Of a stretch of 64,000 bases of DNA, positions 28,085 to 42,597 are shown one piece after another (the first letter of the stretch is position 1; each line of letters starts with the position of its first letter). A program made the translations under genes and the position numbers. The notes under the pieces were generated by a model. That model was not told the origin of the DNA and searched no databases. It was given only the letters and a program-made list of their open reading frames with translations. The stretch comes from Eledone cirrhosa (Eukaryota). The stretch lies in NCBI GenBank assembly GCA_964016885.1, contig OZ024748.1, positions 13,144,001 through 13,208,000 of the forward strand, in the 5' to 3' direction.

Positions 28085-28185
28085 CGATGGATTGACAATA
28101 TCGGTAGATCATCGGACAAAAGGCTTTGTCACATAATAGAGTTACGGCCCTTTACATACTGATTTCATATCCACCCAAGGTTACA
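28085..28185 (+). mobile_element. SINE 5' fragment
   Basis: GGATTGACAATATCGGTAGA..TCGGAC..TAGAGTTACGGCCCTTTAC. Confidence 0.6.
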
Positions 28186-28189
28186 TAGA

Positions 28190-29090
28190 AATGTAGAGAC
28201 ACAGGCTCAAATATAGTGTAACATGTTTGTGACACAGAACCAGGTACATCGAAACATGCAGTGACACACTCAGATATAGTATAACATGTGAGACATACAC
28301 AACTGTGATATGTTTGTGACACAGTCAGTTACATCGAAAGATGCAGTGACATTGATTCAGATATAGTGTAACACGCGATATAGGGTGAAACATATTCGTG
28401 ACAGTGATTCAGATTCATTGAAACATGTTGGGACACAGAATCAGATTCATGCAACATGTGTCACAGACAGCACAACAAATCATATTTGTGACACAGACTC
28501 AAATATAGTGTAACATGAAACAATAGAGTGAACCATGTCTGTGACACAGGTTCAGATGCATGGAAATATGCTGTGACACGGAATCAGATAGAGTGTAACA
28601 TGAGACAATACAGTGAACCATATTTGTGACACAGATTCAGATGCATGGAAATATGTTGTGACACGGGATCAGATAGAGTGTAACATGAGGCAATACAGTG
28701 AACCATATTTGTGACACAGGTTCAGATGCATGGAAATATGCTGTGACACGGAATCAGATAGAGTGTAACATGAGACAATACAGTGAACCATATTTGTGAC
28801 ACAGATTCAGATGCATGGAAATATGTTGTACACGGGATCAGATAGGGTGTAACATGAGACAATACAGTGAACCATATTTGTGACACAGGTTCAGATGCAT
28901 GGAAATATGCTGTGACACGGAATCAGATAGAGTGTAACATGAAACAATACAGTGAACCATATTTGTGACACAGGTTCAGATGCATGGAAATATGTTGTGA
29001 CACAAACAACACAAAGAAACAGTTTCGTAACACAGACACAAATATAGTGACATATATTTCTGACACAGATTTATGACAGAGTGTAACACG
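28190..29090. repeat. 85 bp satellite with alternating variants (170 bp dimer) and degenerate edges
   Basis: TTCAGATGCATGGAAATATG at 28551, 28636, 28721 and 28806; rich in GTGACAC. Confidence 0.9.
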
Positions 29091-29261
29091 AAGTAGTGAT
29101 TGCTGTTGTGTTGGTAATGTTGTGGTTGTTGTTGTTGGCGTTGGTGGAGGTGTTGTTGGTGGTGATGTGTTGGTGGTTGATTATGTAGTAATAGTGTTAC
29201 TGGTGTTATTGATAGTCAATAGATGGTCATATTGTTGGTTGGGAATTGTGTGGAGATATAT

Positions 29262-30050
29262 TTAGTTGTTGTTGTTGGTGTTGGTGGTGGTAGTGTTGCT
29301 GGAGTTGTTGTTGTTGTTGTTGGTGGTGGTGTTAGTGTTGCTGGAGTTGTTGTTGTTGTTGTTGTTGGTGGTAGAAGTGTTAGTGTTGCTGGAGTTGTTG
29401 TTGTTGTTGTTGGTGGTGGTGTTAGTGTTGCTGGAGTTGTTGTTGTTGTTGTTGGTGGTGGTAGAAGTGTTAGTGTTGCTGGAGTTGTTGTTGGTGGTGG
29501 TGGTAGAATTGTTAGTGTTGCTGGAGTTGTTGTTGTTGTTGGTGGTGGTAGAAGTGTTAGTGTTGCTGGAGTTGTTGTTGGTGGTGGTGGTAGAAGTGTT
29601 AGTGTTGCTGGAGTTGTTGTTGTTGGTGGTGGTGGTAGAAGTGTTAGTGTTGCTGGAGTTGTTGTCGTTGTTGGTGGTGGTAGAAGTGTTAGTGTTGCTG
29701 GAGTTGTTGTTGTTGTTGGTGGTGGTGGTAGAAGTGTTAGTGTTGCTGGAGTTGTTGTTGTTGTTGGTGGTGGTGGTAGAAGTGTTTGTGTTGCTGGAGT
29801 TGTTGTTGTTGGTGGTGGTGGTAGAAGTGTTAGTGTTGCTGGAGTTGTTGTTGTTGTTGGTGGTGGTAGAAGTGTTAGTGTTGCTGGAGTTGTTGTTATT
29901 GTTGGTGGTGGTAGAAGTGTTAGTGTTGCTGGAGTTGTTGTTGTTGTTGTTGGTGGTATTAATGTTAGTGTTGCTGGAGTTGTTGTTGGTGGTGGTAGAA
30001 GTGTTAGTGTTGCTGGAGTTGTTGTTGTTGGTGGTGGTGGTATTAGTGTT
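29262..30050. repeat. ~36-45 bp triplet-based minisatellite
   Basis: GGTAGAAGTGTTAGTGTTGCTGGA(GTT)n(GGT)n; explains three long ORFs. Confidence 0.9.
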
Positions 30051-30978
30051 GTTCATGGAGCTCTTAGTGGTGGTGGAGTTGGCGAGGGTGGTGGAGATGG
30101 AGGTAGTTGAGGTAGTATTGGTGGTGGGGTTGATGATGGTGGTGGTTGAGGTGGTGGCGGTGGAGCTGTGTTATTGTGTCCACTTGACATTTCTGCCCGT
30201 AAAGCAGAGCAGGCTATAAAAACAAGGTGGACTAAACTGACTGGCATGGATCGATAGAGCAGAGAGGAGGAGGGCGAGGAGGAGAGAGAAAGGGGGATTA
30301 AAGGGAGAAGGAAGAGGGAAAAGGAGAGATAGAGAAAGAGGGAAGAAGAGGTGGAAGTGGAGAGAGAGAGAGATGAGGAGAAGATGGCCGTGGAGATGGA
30401 GGTGTTTTGTCGTGACGTTGTATAGATGTTGGTGTGGAGTGGAGTGGGGGAGGAGTAGGTGGGTAATACTGTATTGATCGTAGCACACAAGTTATGTGGG
30501 GGAGGGAGGATCCGTCCATCCACTGTTGTTGTTGTTGTTGTTGTTGTTGTCGATGATGATAATGGTGGTGGTGATGATGGTGATGATGGTGATGGTTTTG
30601 TTAGTGATAATGATGGTAGTGGTGATGATGATGATGATGATAATGATGGTAGTGGTGGTGATGGTAGTGGTGATGATGATGATAAATGATGGTAGTGGTG
30701 GTGATGGTGATGGTGAAGATGATAAATGATGGTAGTGGTGGTGATGGTGATGGTGATGATGGTGGTGCTGGTGCTATATTATTTATTGATGTTCATACAC
30801 GGACATACAAAGACATTACCCAAGACATCAAGGCCCAAATTTGACCAAACCTTCAGAATACAAGGAGCAAATCAGTGACCATTGATCAGGCTCTAATATT
30901 TCTGCTCTTCTCTCTATTGAGCACTGGTTTCCTTTTTGCTTTTCATTCTTACAGATATTGCTACATATATCATATATC

Positions 30979-31046
<68 letters not shown>

Positions 31047-31057
31047 TATATATATAT

Positions 31058-31185
31058 AGTAATAATAATAAATGTGAAGACTAAAATCCAAAGAGTTTCA
31101 GAATCCATTCAGTTTCAGATGATCCCGTTAAGGGTGGAAGCAGCAATTCTTTGCTTAAACTTTAATCTGTTATTTTAATAAATAA
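31058..31185. mobile_element. Family B element (CAGATGA core at 31111-31161; GAAA box mutated to GGAA)
   Basis: Homology to 10213 and 56543. Confidence 0.7.
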
Positions 31186-31369
31186 ATAAATACATATATA
31201 TATATATATGTAGATAAATCTACCAAAAGTTTACGGTAGTGTCCAATCCGTATGAAGAACTCAATGTAATCCGGATATCATGAAAAGAAGAGATGCATTC
31301 AAAAATCACTTTCGGTGAAAGATAAACGGAAAACAGAGTCAAGATAAATTATAAAAAAAATAATGAATA

Positions 31370-31555
<186 letters not shown>

Positions 31556-31880
31556 TCCGTGAATAAACAAGTTTATATCTATATATCTAGTCTACCATAT
31601 ATCAAACAACACAAACAACACAAATGATATTTTTATGACTTACCATACATTATCCACTACTAATTTGATATATATTTCTCGCCTTCCGTAGTTCAATTAC
31701 CATGAAATAAATATCATTACTCACCTTCCGGAGATTAACCAATACAAAAAGGATATCATGTTGTAATTTCCATAAATATCCCGACTACAATACAATAATT
31801 TTTTTCTCTTACCGTATATCACACAATACCAAGAACGTGTATTGTGTTATCTGAGTAGATATCATTCCTCGTTTTCCATA

Positions 31881-32820
31881 CCGTGTAGATATATTCCTCA
31901 CCGTGTAGATATATATTCCTCCCTGTGTAGATATATATTCCTCCCTGTGTAGATATATTCCTCACCGTGTAGATATATTCCTCCCTGTGTAGATATATTC
32001 TTCACCATGTAGATATATTCCTCACCGTGTAGATATATTCTTCACCGTGTAGATATATTCCTCACCGTGTAGATATATTCTTCCCCGTGTAGATATACTC
32101 CTCACCGTGTAGATATATATTCCTCCCCGTGTAGATATATTCCTCACCGTGTAGATATATTCCTCACCGTGTAGATATATTCCTCACCGTGTAGATATAT
32201 TCTTCCCCGTGTAGATATATTCCTCACCGTGTAGATATATATTCCTCACCGTGTAGATATATTCCTCACCGTGTAGATATATTCCTCACCGTGTAGATAT
32301 ATATTCCTCACCGTGTAGATATATTCCTCACCGTGTAGATATATTCCTCACCGTGTAGATATATTCCTCACCGTGTAGATATATTCTTCCCCGTGTAGAT
32401 ATATTCCTCACCGTGTAGATATATTCTTCCCCGTGTAGATATATTCTTCACCGTGTAGATATATTCCTCACCGTGTAGATATATTCCTCACCGTGTAGAT
32501 ATATATTCCTCACCGTGTAGATATATTCCTCACCATGTAGATATATTCCTCACCGTGTAGATATATATTCCTCACCGTGTAGATATATTCCTCACCGTGT
32601 AGATATATTCCTCACCGTGTAGATATATTCCTCACCGTGTAGATATATATTCCTCACCGTGTAGATATATTCCTCCCTGTGTAGATATATATTCCTCACC
32701 GTGTAAATATATTCCTCACCGTGTAGATATAAACCTCACCGTGTAGATATATTCTTCACCGTGTAGATATAAACCTCACCGTGTAGATATATTCCTCACC
32801 GTGTAGATATATATATTCCT
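31881..32820. repeat. 20/22 bp minisatellite, ~45 copies
   Basis: CCGTGTAGATAT(AT)ATTCCTCA, highly homogeneous. Confidence 0.95.
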
Positions 32821-33490
32821 CAACTGACGTAGACCATTACGAACCAAGAATATATGTATACATTTCTAAGCCATTATATCAATTATATATTAAACATAAT
32901 TAAAGACAATTCGCTCCTTCCATACATCATCCCCTATCAAGAGAATCTTTTTCTAGGCTTAAAAAAAAAATCAAGAATATATATTTCTAATCTACCATAC
33001 CTCATCCGTTAATAATTAAATATACATCTCACCTACTATAACTCATACACACTTAAGAAAATATATGTTTCTATGATACAATACATCACACAATAGCTAG
33101 TAAGATGAATTATCGCCTTCCATAGCTTACACATTACTAAGGAGATATATGTTTCTCAGCTTCCATAGATCACCCAACATTAAGAGTATACAGTTCTCAC
33201 TTACAATATATCATTCATCATCACAATAATGTATTTCTAAGCTATATACATTATCAACAGTAACGTAGGTATATTTTTTACCTCCCATATATCAGCCAAT
33301 ACCAAGTGGGAGTACTTCTACCTCTTCCAAAGATTATCAACCATCAAAATGACATATTTCCACTTGATCGAAGACTACCTACTATATTGATTAAAAACAA
33401 AGTACCAATCTTTATAAAGTTGGATATAATTAACTTTCATTTCCCCAACAAATATTTATGGCCTTATGATTAACCTAGAAACCATTATTA

Positions 33491-34337
33491 TGGTGGATTG
33501 GCAGTATTGGTAGAGGGTCGGGCGCCATGCTTTGAAGCATAGAGTTACCTCCCTTTATGATCTGAGTTCAAATCCCGCCGAGGTTAACTTTGCCTTCATC
33601 CTTACGGGGTCGATAAAATAAAGTACCAGTAATGCACTGGGATAATTGCTGGCCTGGTGCCAAAAGTAGAAACAATTATTATGGTGGATTGGCAGTAATC
33701 GGTAGAGCGCCGGACACCTTGCTTTGCACCATAGAGTTACATCTCTTTACGTTCTGAGTTCAAATCCTGCCACGGTTAACTTTGCCTTCATCGTTACTTG
33801 GTCGATAAATAAAGCACCAGTAATGCACTGGTGTCATTTTAATCGACTTTCCCATCTCCTTCAAATTGCTGGCTTTATGTCTATAGTAGAAATCAATATT
33901 AATAATCCCTCCAGGTTAACTTTGCCTTTCATCCTTACGGGGTCGATAAAATAAAGTACCAGTAATGCACTGGGTTAATTGGTAGCTTTGTGCCAAAAGT
34001 ATAATCAATATTATTATTATCATCATCATCATTATCATCATCATCAATATATATATATATATATGTATTTATAAACACAGACATAGTTTTTTTAATATTT
34101 GTAACATATATAAGGGCGGTAGATTGGCAGTATCGGTAGAGGGTCGGACGCCATGTTTGCAGCATAGAGTTACGGCCCTTTATGATCTGAGTTCAAATCC
34201 CGCCGAGGTTAACTTTGCCTTTCATCCTTGCGGGGTCGATAAAATAAAGTACCAGTCACGCACTGGGGTCGATTTAGTCGACTTTCCTCTCTCCCCCAAA
34301 AGTACTGTGGCCTTGTCCCTATAATAGAAACCAATAT
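33491..34337 (+). mobile_element. Head-to-tail SINE array (33491-33680, 33681-33900, 33910-34012, 34113-34337)
   Basis: Four matches to the main SINE consensus; the first two are joined through ATTATTAT tails. Confidence 0.9.
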
Positions 34338-35477
34338 TTGTAATATATATATGATTATTTATATATTTATTTGTGCTGTACAATCATCCTATTTTGCATA
34401 TTCGCTGTCTTTCTCACACTCTCCCTCCTACCTGAAACCTCCACTGCACTTTAATAAACATTTGATGTTGTTTCAATTGAGATATCTGGCTGTCATCCTA
34501 CACATTCCATACTTCGTACCTCAACACAATGTCTTTCAACTAACAACTTTGTCTTCGTCTCTCTTCTTGCTATAATTTACAATTATCAATGACACCATTT
34601 GAAATGGTAATTGGAAATGAGGCTCACAACCTGCACACACACACACACATATATATATACACACATACACACACAGGAACATTCAAACGCACATACATAC
34701 AAAGACACACACACGATCGCACACATACACGCGCAAAATCACCCACATTTACATACATACATACATACAAACACACATATATACACATATGAACACACAT
34801 AGATACACACACACAGAAACACACACACGCACATAGATACAAGCACACACAAATCCAAACACAATCGCACACATACACACACACAAGAGCACACAAATTC
34901 CCATACATACATACAAACACACATGTATGCACATATAAACACACATTCATACACACAGATACACATACAGACACAAAAAAAAAACACATTCAGATACATA
35001 CACATACACATACACACAGTCAGACACATAAATACTCATTAATACACACAAATTCAAACACTTATATACAGACCTACACAAACATACACGCACAGACAGT
35101 CGCACACAGAAGCACACACTTGCACACGCGCAAAGACACAAACACATACACATATACACACATACAAACACATGCACAAATATGTACATATATACCCACA
35201 CATACACACACAAACACCCCCACACACATAAACAGTCATACACATTCATACAGAATCACACATACACATACACATACACATGAGAACATTTAGTGAGACA
35301 CACTCTGATACACATAGTGACATAGATAGGCACACAGTGTCACAGAGGCTAAGACGTTATAAGATTCCAGAAAATGTTCAAGAATATATGTAAATATGTG
35401 TGACTATATATGCGTAGGACATTCTTTATTTTGAAAGACACACGTATAATAATAGAGGAATTACATTTCATTATCAA

Positions 35478-35541
<64 letters not shown>

Positions 35542-35549
35542 CATGTATG

Positions 35550-35593
<44 letters not shown>

Positions 35594-35620
35594 GTAAAAA
35601 TATATATTCATATATATAAG

Positions 35621-35653
<33 letters not shown>

Positions 35654-35665
35654 GTATAGATATAG

Positions 35666-35746
<81 letters not shown>

Positions 35747-35919
35747 GAGGGAGAGTGTGTGGTGTGTGGGGGAGAAGGGGAAATGTGCTGAGACAAATCA
35801 ACGGATGCTAATTGAGATGTTTAACTGTGGCTCTTGATGAGCGCTCAAATGTAGGCATGCATATATGTACGTAAGTAGACACACACACACATAAATATAT
35901 ATATATATATATATATATA

Positions 35920-35975
<56 letters not shown>

Positions 35976-36126
35976 CGGAACATGCGATTGTGAAGATGTG
36001 CATCTAAACATTTTATTAAACATTTACAATAATGAGCCCCCGCGGCGATCTTTCAAGGTATAATATCGCCTTCGTTTACCCACCCACAAACACAAACATA
36101 CAGACACACACATGCACACACACACA

Positions 36127-36177
<51 letters not shown>

Positions 36178-36262
36178 TTCCATATATATATATATATGGA
36201 AATATACATGTGTATATATATATATATATATATATAGATATAAATACATATATATAAATCTA

Positions 36263-36334
<72 letters not shown>

Positions 36335-36556
36335 AATGTGTTGGTACGGGTAATGAATTGAAACAAGAAAAGGTGAGAGTGTAAAGCAATCTATATATTG
36401 GATTTGATGACAATAAATGAAGAAACCACAATGTGAAGTAGTCTTGTTTATCTTCAGACAGTTCCGCCTTGTTATGATGAAACGTCAAGACAAAGAAACT
36501 ATTAACAATATCTCTCTGAAGTATTACAGACATCAGCCTCTCTTGACACCTACATA

Positions 36557-37063
<507 letters not shown>

Positions 37064-37514
37064 TCTATAGTTCTGGTATGTCAAATTGATACCATAGAAC
37101 AACAACTGTAACATAGACACCCTATATATTTCCAGGGGCACTAGTAGCTGTGATAATATTGATCTCCAGAGCGTGAAATTAATAAACATTCGTTGTACTG
37201 CCTCTCTGTTTTGTCCCTGTTCAAATTTTACCATTATATATATATATATATAAAGCAGTGTATGATGAAGTTATAACTGTATGAATACAGAATGTGTATC
37301 TGAGAATGCTCCAACGGGTATAAATATATACACGCATCTAATAAATAGGTATATAAACACACACTCACACATATATATATATATATATAGTAATAATAAT
37401 AAATGTAAAGACCAAAATCCGAGGAGGGCTCGATAAGGAAAATATATAAACATATATATATATATATATATATATAGTTAAAAGAATAGAGGTGTAACAC
37501 ACAAGTTATTATAT

Positions 37515-37779
37515 ATTGGTAAACGGAATAGAAAATGCTGCCAAATTGTTCACAGTTGAAAAATGGTTTAATTAGGCATAAAAGAGTATTAGTGATTGTA
37601 TGGGTTAGTATTCAGTTGTGGTTTTAAGTTTTTAAGTTTTTACCGGTTGCGCATTTCTAAATGCTTTTCAAAAATAATTTTGAGATAGAGTGTCCGTGCT
37701 GTTTGCTCTGATCTGAGATCAGAGCAAACAGCGCGGACACTCAACTGTGAACAATTTGCCAGCATTTTCTATTCCGTTT

Positions 37780-37785
<6 letters not shown>
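37515..37785. mobile_element. Fold-back element with nested hairpin
   Basis: TAAACGGAATAGAAAATGCTG.CAAATTGTTCACAGTTGA inverted at 37741-37780; ~27 bp hairpin at 37688-37742. Confidence 0.7.
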
Positions 37786-37836
<51 letters not shown>

Positions 37837-37906
37837 CACACACACATATATATATATATAAATGAAAGGTATAGAAAATATTGTAGCAAAAAGCCAACAT
37901 TATTCC

Positions 37907-37956
<50 letters not shown>

Positions 37957-37995
37957 GAAAGTAAAACAAAGAAGCCTTCAATACATCAAAAGTCT

Positions 37996-38045
37996 TTATT
38001 AGCCAACAATGTTTCGTTCTATTAAGGACTCATCAGGGCAATTAA
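37996..38045 (-). ncRNA. Type I hammerhead motif with intact core, family D
   Basis: Minus: TTAATTGCC-CTGATGA-GTCCT TAAT AGAAC-GAAA-CATTG-TT-GGCTAATAA. Confidence 0.7.
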
Positions 38046-38065
38046 ATATATATAAATATATATAA

Positions 38066-38100
<35 letters not shown>

Positions 38101-38286
38101 TATATACATATATACATGCGTCTACTGATTGATTTACTCTGCTATATCAAGCGTTAACCTAATATATACCTTCCATATACTGTACCGATTGTGGTGTTAT
38201 TTCTGTTTAACTTTTACTTATATACAACCTCCAACCGTCAAGGTTGTTATTCTGCGGGTGTGTCAACATTTATAAAACAAATTTTG

Positions 38287-38352
38287 TATTTTATCTGATG
38301 AAAGCGCACCAAAATTTGCCTCGGTTGCCCTTGAAATATATATAATAAAATA
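38287..38352 (+). ncRNA. Minimal type I hammerhead motif with intact core, family G
   Basis: TATTTTAT-CTGATGA-AAGCGCACC...GGTTGCCCTT-GAAA-TATATA-TA-ATAAAATA: perfect 8 bp stem I, palindromic stem III. Confidence 0.75.
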
Positions 38353-38487
38353 ATTATGGTTTTATAAATATAGTTTCCATTTATTAATATAATGTATATA
38401 TATATATATTATAGATTGAGTTATAAACTCGAAATAGTCTTTTACAATTAAATAGCTCAAAGAAGGGAATGTTTCCGAGCGGTGTAA

Positions 38488-38575
38488 TACAATTGAATAT
38501 ATGAGAGCGATGAACACCGCTACAAGTCTACGTTTACTTGTATCGGTGTTGATCCCTCTCATATATTCAATTATA
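38488..38575. repeat. Imperfect ~40 bp hairpin in a (TA)n-flanked island
   Basis: AATTGAATATATGAGAG..AACACCG.TACAAGT / ACTTGTA.CGGTGTT..CTCTCATATATTCAATT. Confidence 0.75.
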
Positions 38576-38583
38576 TACATATA

Positions 38584-38621
<38 letters not shown>

Positions 38622-38629
38622 CATATGTA

Positions 38630-38775
38630 AATAAAAAAAGATGAAATCGAAAATGCAACTGGAGTCTTATTTTTAAAAAAAATATATATATTTATTTGGT
38701 TCCTTTACTGGTTTCGCAGTTCTTCTGCTTTTCAAAAGTAGAGTTGAGATGGATGGTCTGTGGTTTTTCTCACAT
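38630..38775 (-). mobile_element. Family F element with U3-A8 HHR (38702-38738)
   Basis: Minus: CTT-TTGAAAA-GCAG AAGAA CTGC-GAAA-CCAG-TA-AAGG; close homologue of the 57.3-57.9 kb copies. Confidence 0.75.
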
Positions 38776-39199
38776 ATATATATATATATATATATTTATA
38801 TTCATATTTGTATATGCATAAAATTGTAGGAATCTCAAGCTTTCAAGTAGCTGTTGTAAAACAGCCAGGTGATATTATTCATATATATATATCAGATCAA
38901 CCACAATGAAACATATATTTGTTGAGTATATGTACCCATTCACCTTTTGGTTGATTAATAGATATTCACGTCTTGTGATGATGGTTCAATGAGATCAGAA
39001 TATCGATTTAAAATGTTTACCATGTTTTTTCAATTACATGGAAATTCGTAGTTTCTGGCATAGAGATAACATGAAGATAAATACATAGATATTTAGTCAG
39101 ATGATAGATAACAATACATACATACAGATAGACAGACAGACAAACGGATATAGAGATAAATTCACAGATGGATAGGCAGATAGATAAGCATACATACAT

Positions 39200-39255
<56 letters not shown>

Positions 39256-39309
39256 GTGTGTATGTGTGTGTGTGTGTATGTGTGTGTGTGTGTATATATA
39301 TATATACAT

Positions 39310-39630
39310 ATTATAAGAACAGATTAAAGCTCGAGCAAAGAATCGTTGCTTTGACCCTTAACGGGATCTTCTGAAACGGGATTTCATCTTCACATTTATT
39401 ATTACTATATACATATTTATATATATTATATATATTTAATATAGAAAGGGCTTCTAAAGGATTAGAACTGTTTGATTCGAAGGAAATCATCAGGACTTTC
39501 ATGATGATTTCCTTCGAATGAAACAGTTCTAATCCTGGAGAAGCCATTTCTATTTTTAACATTTATACACTGCTATGTATTGAGTACCTTACTTACTGTG
39601 GTTACCACAGGTTGAGCCCGGCAAGGACAC
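39310..39630. mobile_element. Adjacent family B (39310-39410) and family A fold-back (39435-39630) elements
   Basis: Homology to 10213 and 8840; HHR cores carry point mutations. Confidence 0.75.
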
Positions 39631-39680
39631 ACAGACGCACACATACATATATATATATATAAATATATATAAAGAAAGAT

Positions 39681-39778
<98 letters not shown>

Positions 39779-40110
39779 CGTTATGCGAAACACGTTGGCC
39801 AGCGTGAGACACACAAATGCTGTGACAATGAATAAGTAAGCAGTTATCTGTCCGATTCAACAGGTCATTGGGTGCATGTCTGTACCACTGTGATGCACCA
39901 GAACATGTAACGTTTTGCATATACCTTTGTGCAGTCACTCTAATGCATAAGGACATGTTATGTTTTGCACAGATAACTTGGGGGTTATATATATATATAT
40001 AAATATATATTTCTTATTATGTCTGCATATATATATGTGTGTGTGATTGCGTGTTGTGTTTGTGTATGCATACACACACACATATACACACATATATATA
40101 TGAAGAAATA

Positions 40111-40159
<49 letters not shown>

Positions 40160-40197
40160 CATATAAAAACAATTGGCGCCATGGTCGGGATTTTACA

Positions 40198-40237
<40 letters not shown>

Positions 40238-40580
40238 TATATATATATATACACAAACACACACCCATATATATATATGTACATATATTTATATACACAC
40301 CCACATATATATATACATGTAAATGAGTTTGTGTGAGTGCGTGTATATTTTATGAGTTCTTTTTGTTTTCTTATGAGTGTGTGTGTGTGTGTGTAAGTGT
40401 GTGTGAGTGTATGTGTGTTTGTTTGTGTCTTATGTGAGTGTGTTTGTGTTTGGATGTGTGTATGTGTACTGCGAGTGTCGCCATATTTTTCTGGCTAGCA
40501 AGTTGCTTGTTAATTATAGTGTTGTGTACGATAGAATATTTCTGAACTAGTTTGAAATGTTGAACAAGCTGGAAGGACTA

Positions 40581-40624
<44 letters not shown>

Positions 40625-40625
40625 G

Positions 40626-40716
<91 letters not shown>

Positions 40717-40820
40717 ACACTGTCCGAATCTTATATAGAAACACAATCACACACGCATCTGTGATCAGACATCTTACATATACATACGCAAATATACACA
40801 TATGTGTGAGTATGTGTGTA

Positions 40821-40863
<43 letters not shown>

Positions 40864-41949
40864 CTGTTTGTCTGACTGCGTGCGTGCATGTATATATATA
40901 TATATATGTGTGTGTGTGTGAGTGGTTATGTGTATGCGTTTTTCTATGTACAGAGAGATGCGTGTACTGGTAATAGAAAGAGAATATGAAAGAGGGAGTT
41001 TCAGAGAGGAAATGGGTGAAGGTGAGAGTACGTCAGTGTACAGTGGTAGGAGGAAAAGACTTGAAATGTCACCAAATATGCAACTAAAAACATGACACAG
41101 CGCCATCTTTGTCAATGCAAAGTGCCAATGTCACATGATAAATGGTGTCGCTAATAATGTATGTGTATGTTTGTATGTGTGTCTACATATATCTGTCTGT
41201 TTTCTGTCTGGGTATGTATACTGTATACTGTTTGTGTGTATGTATCTGTATATATGTGTGTGTGTATGTATATCTGTCTGTTTGTCTATCTGTGTATGTA
41301 TGATGTTTGTGTGTATGTGTGTCAACATACATCACTCTGTATATCTATCTGTCTGTGTACGTGTACTCTATATTGTATGTGTGTATGTGTGTATATGTCT
41401 GTTTTATGTCTGGGTATGTATACTGTTTGTATGTATGTAGTGTATCTGTGTATGAGTGTGTTTGTATGTATATATGTCTGTCTGTGTGTCTATCTCTTTA
41501 TGTATTCTGTTTGTGTATGTGTGTAGTATATTTGTATATGAATGTGTTTGTGAGTATGTGTGTGTATGTATATCTGTGTGTGTATGTATATCTGTATGTA
41601 TATATATATATCTTCCAATTTATGTGTATGTACGTGTACCTATTCCCTTGTATTGTTTCTGTGTATGTATTCGTGTGTGTGTGTGTGTGTATTTGTGTGT
41701 GTGTGTTACAGTGTTTCTGTGACTATCACCTTTTCAATTTCTATGTATTTGCACACACACACACAAACACACACACACAAACACACACCCACAAACACAC
41801 ACCCACGCATATATCTATATACATGTGTGTATATGTGTCTGTGTGTATGTCTGTATGAATGGATGTATATATACGTATATATGTGTGTATGTTTCATGTG
41901 TATGTGCGAGAGAGAAAGAGATAGAAAAAGAGAGAAAATGAGAGAGAGT

Positions 41950-42360
41950 ATGTGTCACAAGCCATGTCATACACTGTGTCACAAAAGCCATGTCACACAC
42001 TGTGTCAACAGGACTGTCACAAACGCCTCACCAACCGTGTCACATATTGTGTCACAAACCCTATCACATAGTGTGGTACCAAGATGTCACAAACTGTGTC
42101 ACCAACCATGTCACATACTGTGTCACGTTCCTTGTCACAAACTGTATCACATCCCGTGTCACAAACTATGTCACAAACCATGAAACATGATGTGTCACTT
42201 CCCATGTCACAAACTGTGTCACCAACCATGTCACATACTATGTCATCAACTTAGTCACATTCTGTGTCACCTATTATGTCACATAACGTTTCACATTAAT
42301 GTCACATACTGTGTCACCAACTATGTCACATAACGTTTCACAACCATGTCACATACTCTT
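41950..42360. repeat. TGTCAC-based degenerate satellite
   Basis: TGTCAC(A) roughly every 12-13 bp. Confidence 0.85.
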
Positions 42361-42597
42361 TCACCTGGATTAATCTCTCTGATGATTACGTTGCTGTTAC
42401 AAGTGACTAGAGAATGCTCAGGCACTTATACGTTAATTTCATCAGTAGGCTGTTACATTAATTGCTCACCTCTAACGCTCATCTTCGAAACCGACCGAAG
42501 TCCTTTAGTCTATAGTGTATGTCGATAAATACAGTACCAATCGAATTAATCGACTTTCCTTTCCAACCAAAATGATTGGCCATTGTTGTATTAACAT

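Noticed and set aside
29223-30219. 264-317 aa repetitive ORFs
   Set aside because: They arise from a triplet-based minisatellite open in several frames and on both strands.
31881-32820. CRISPR-like regular repeats
   Set aside because: No unique spacers, eukaryotic context and no cas genes.
37688-37760. Hammerhead in the 37.7 kb hairpin (AAA-CAG...CTG-TG)
   Set aside because: Lacks GAAA, a CUGANGA box and a valid H17.
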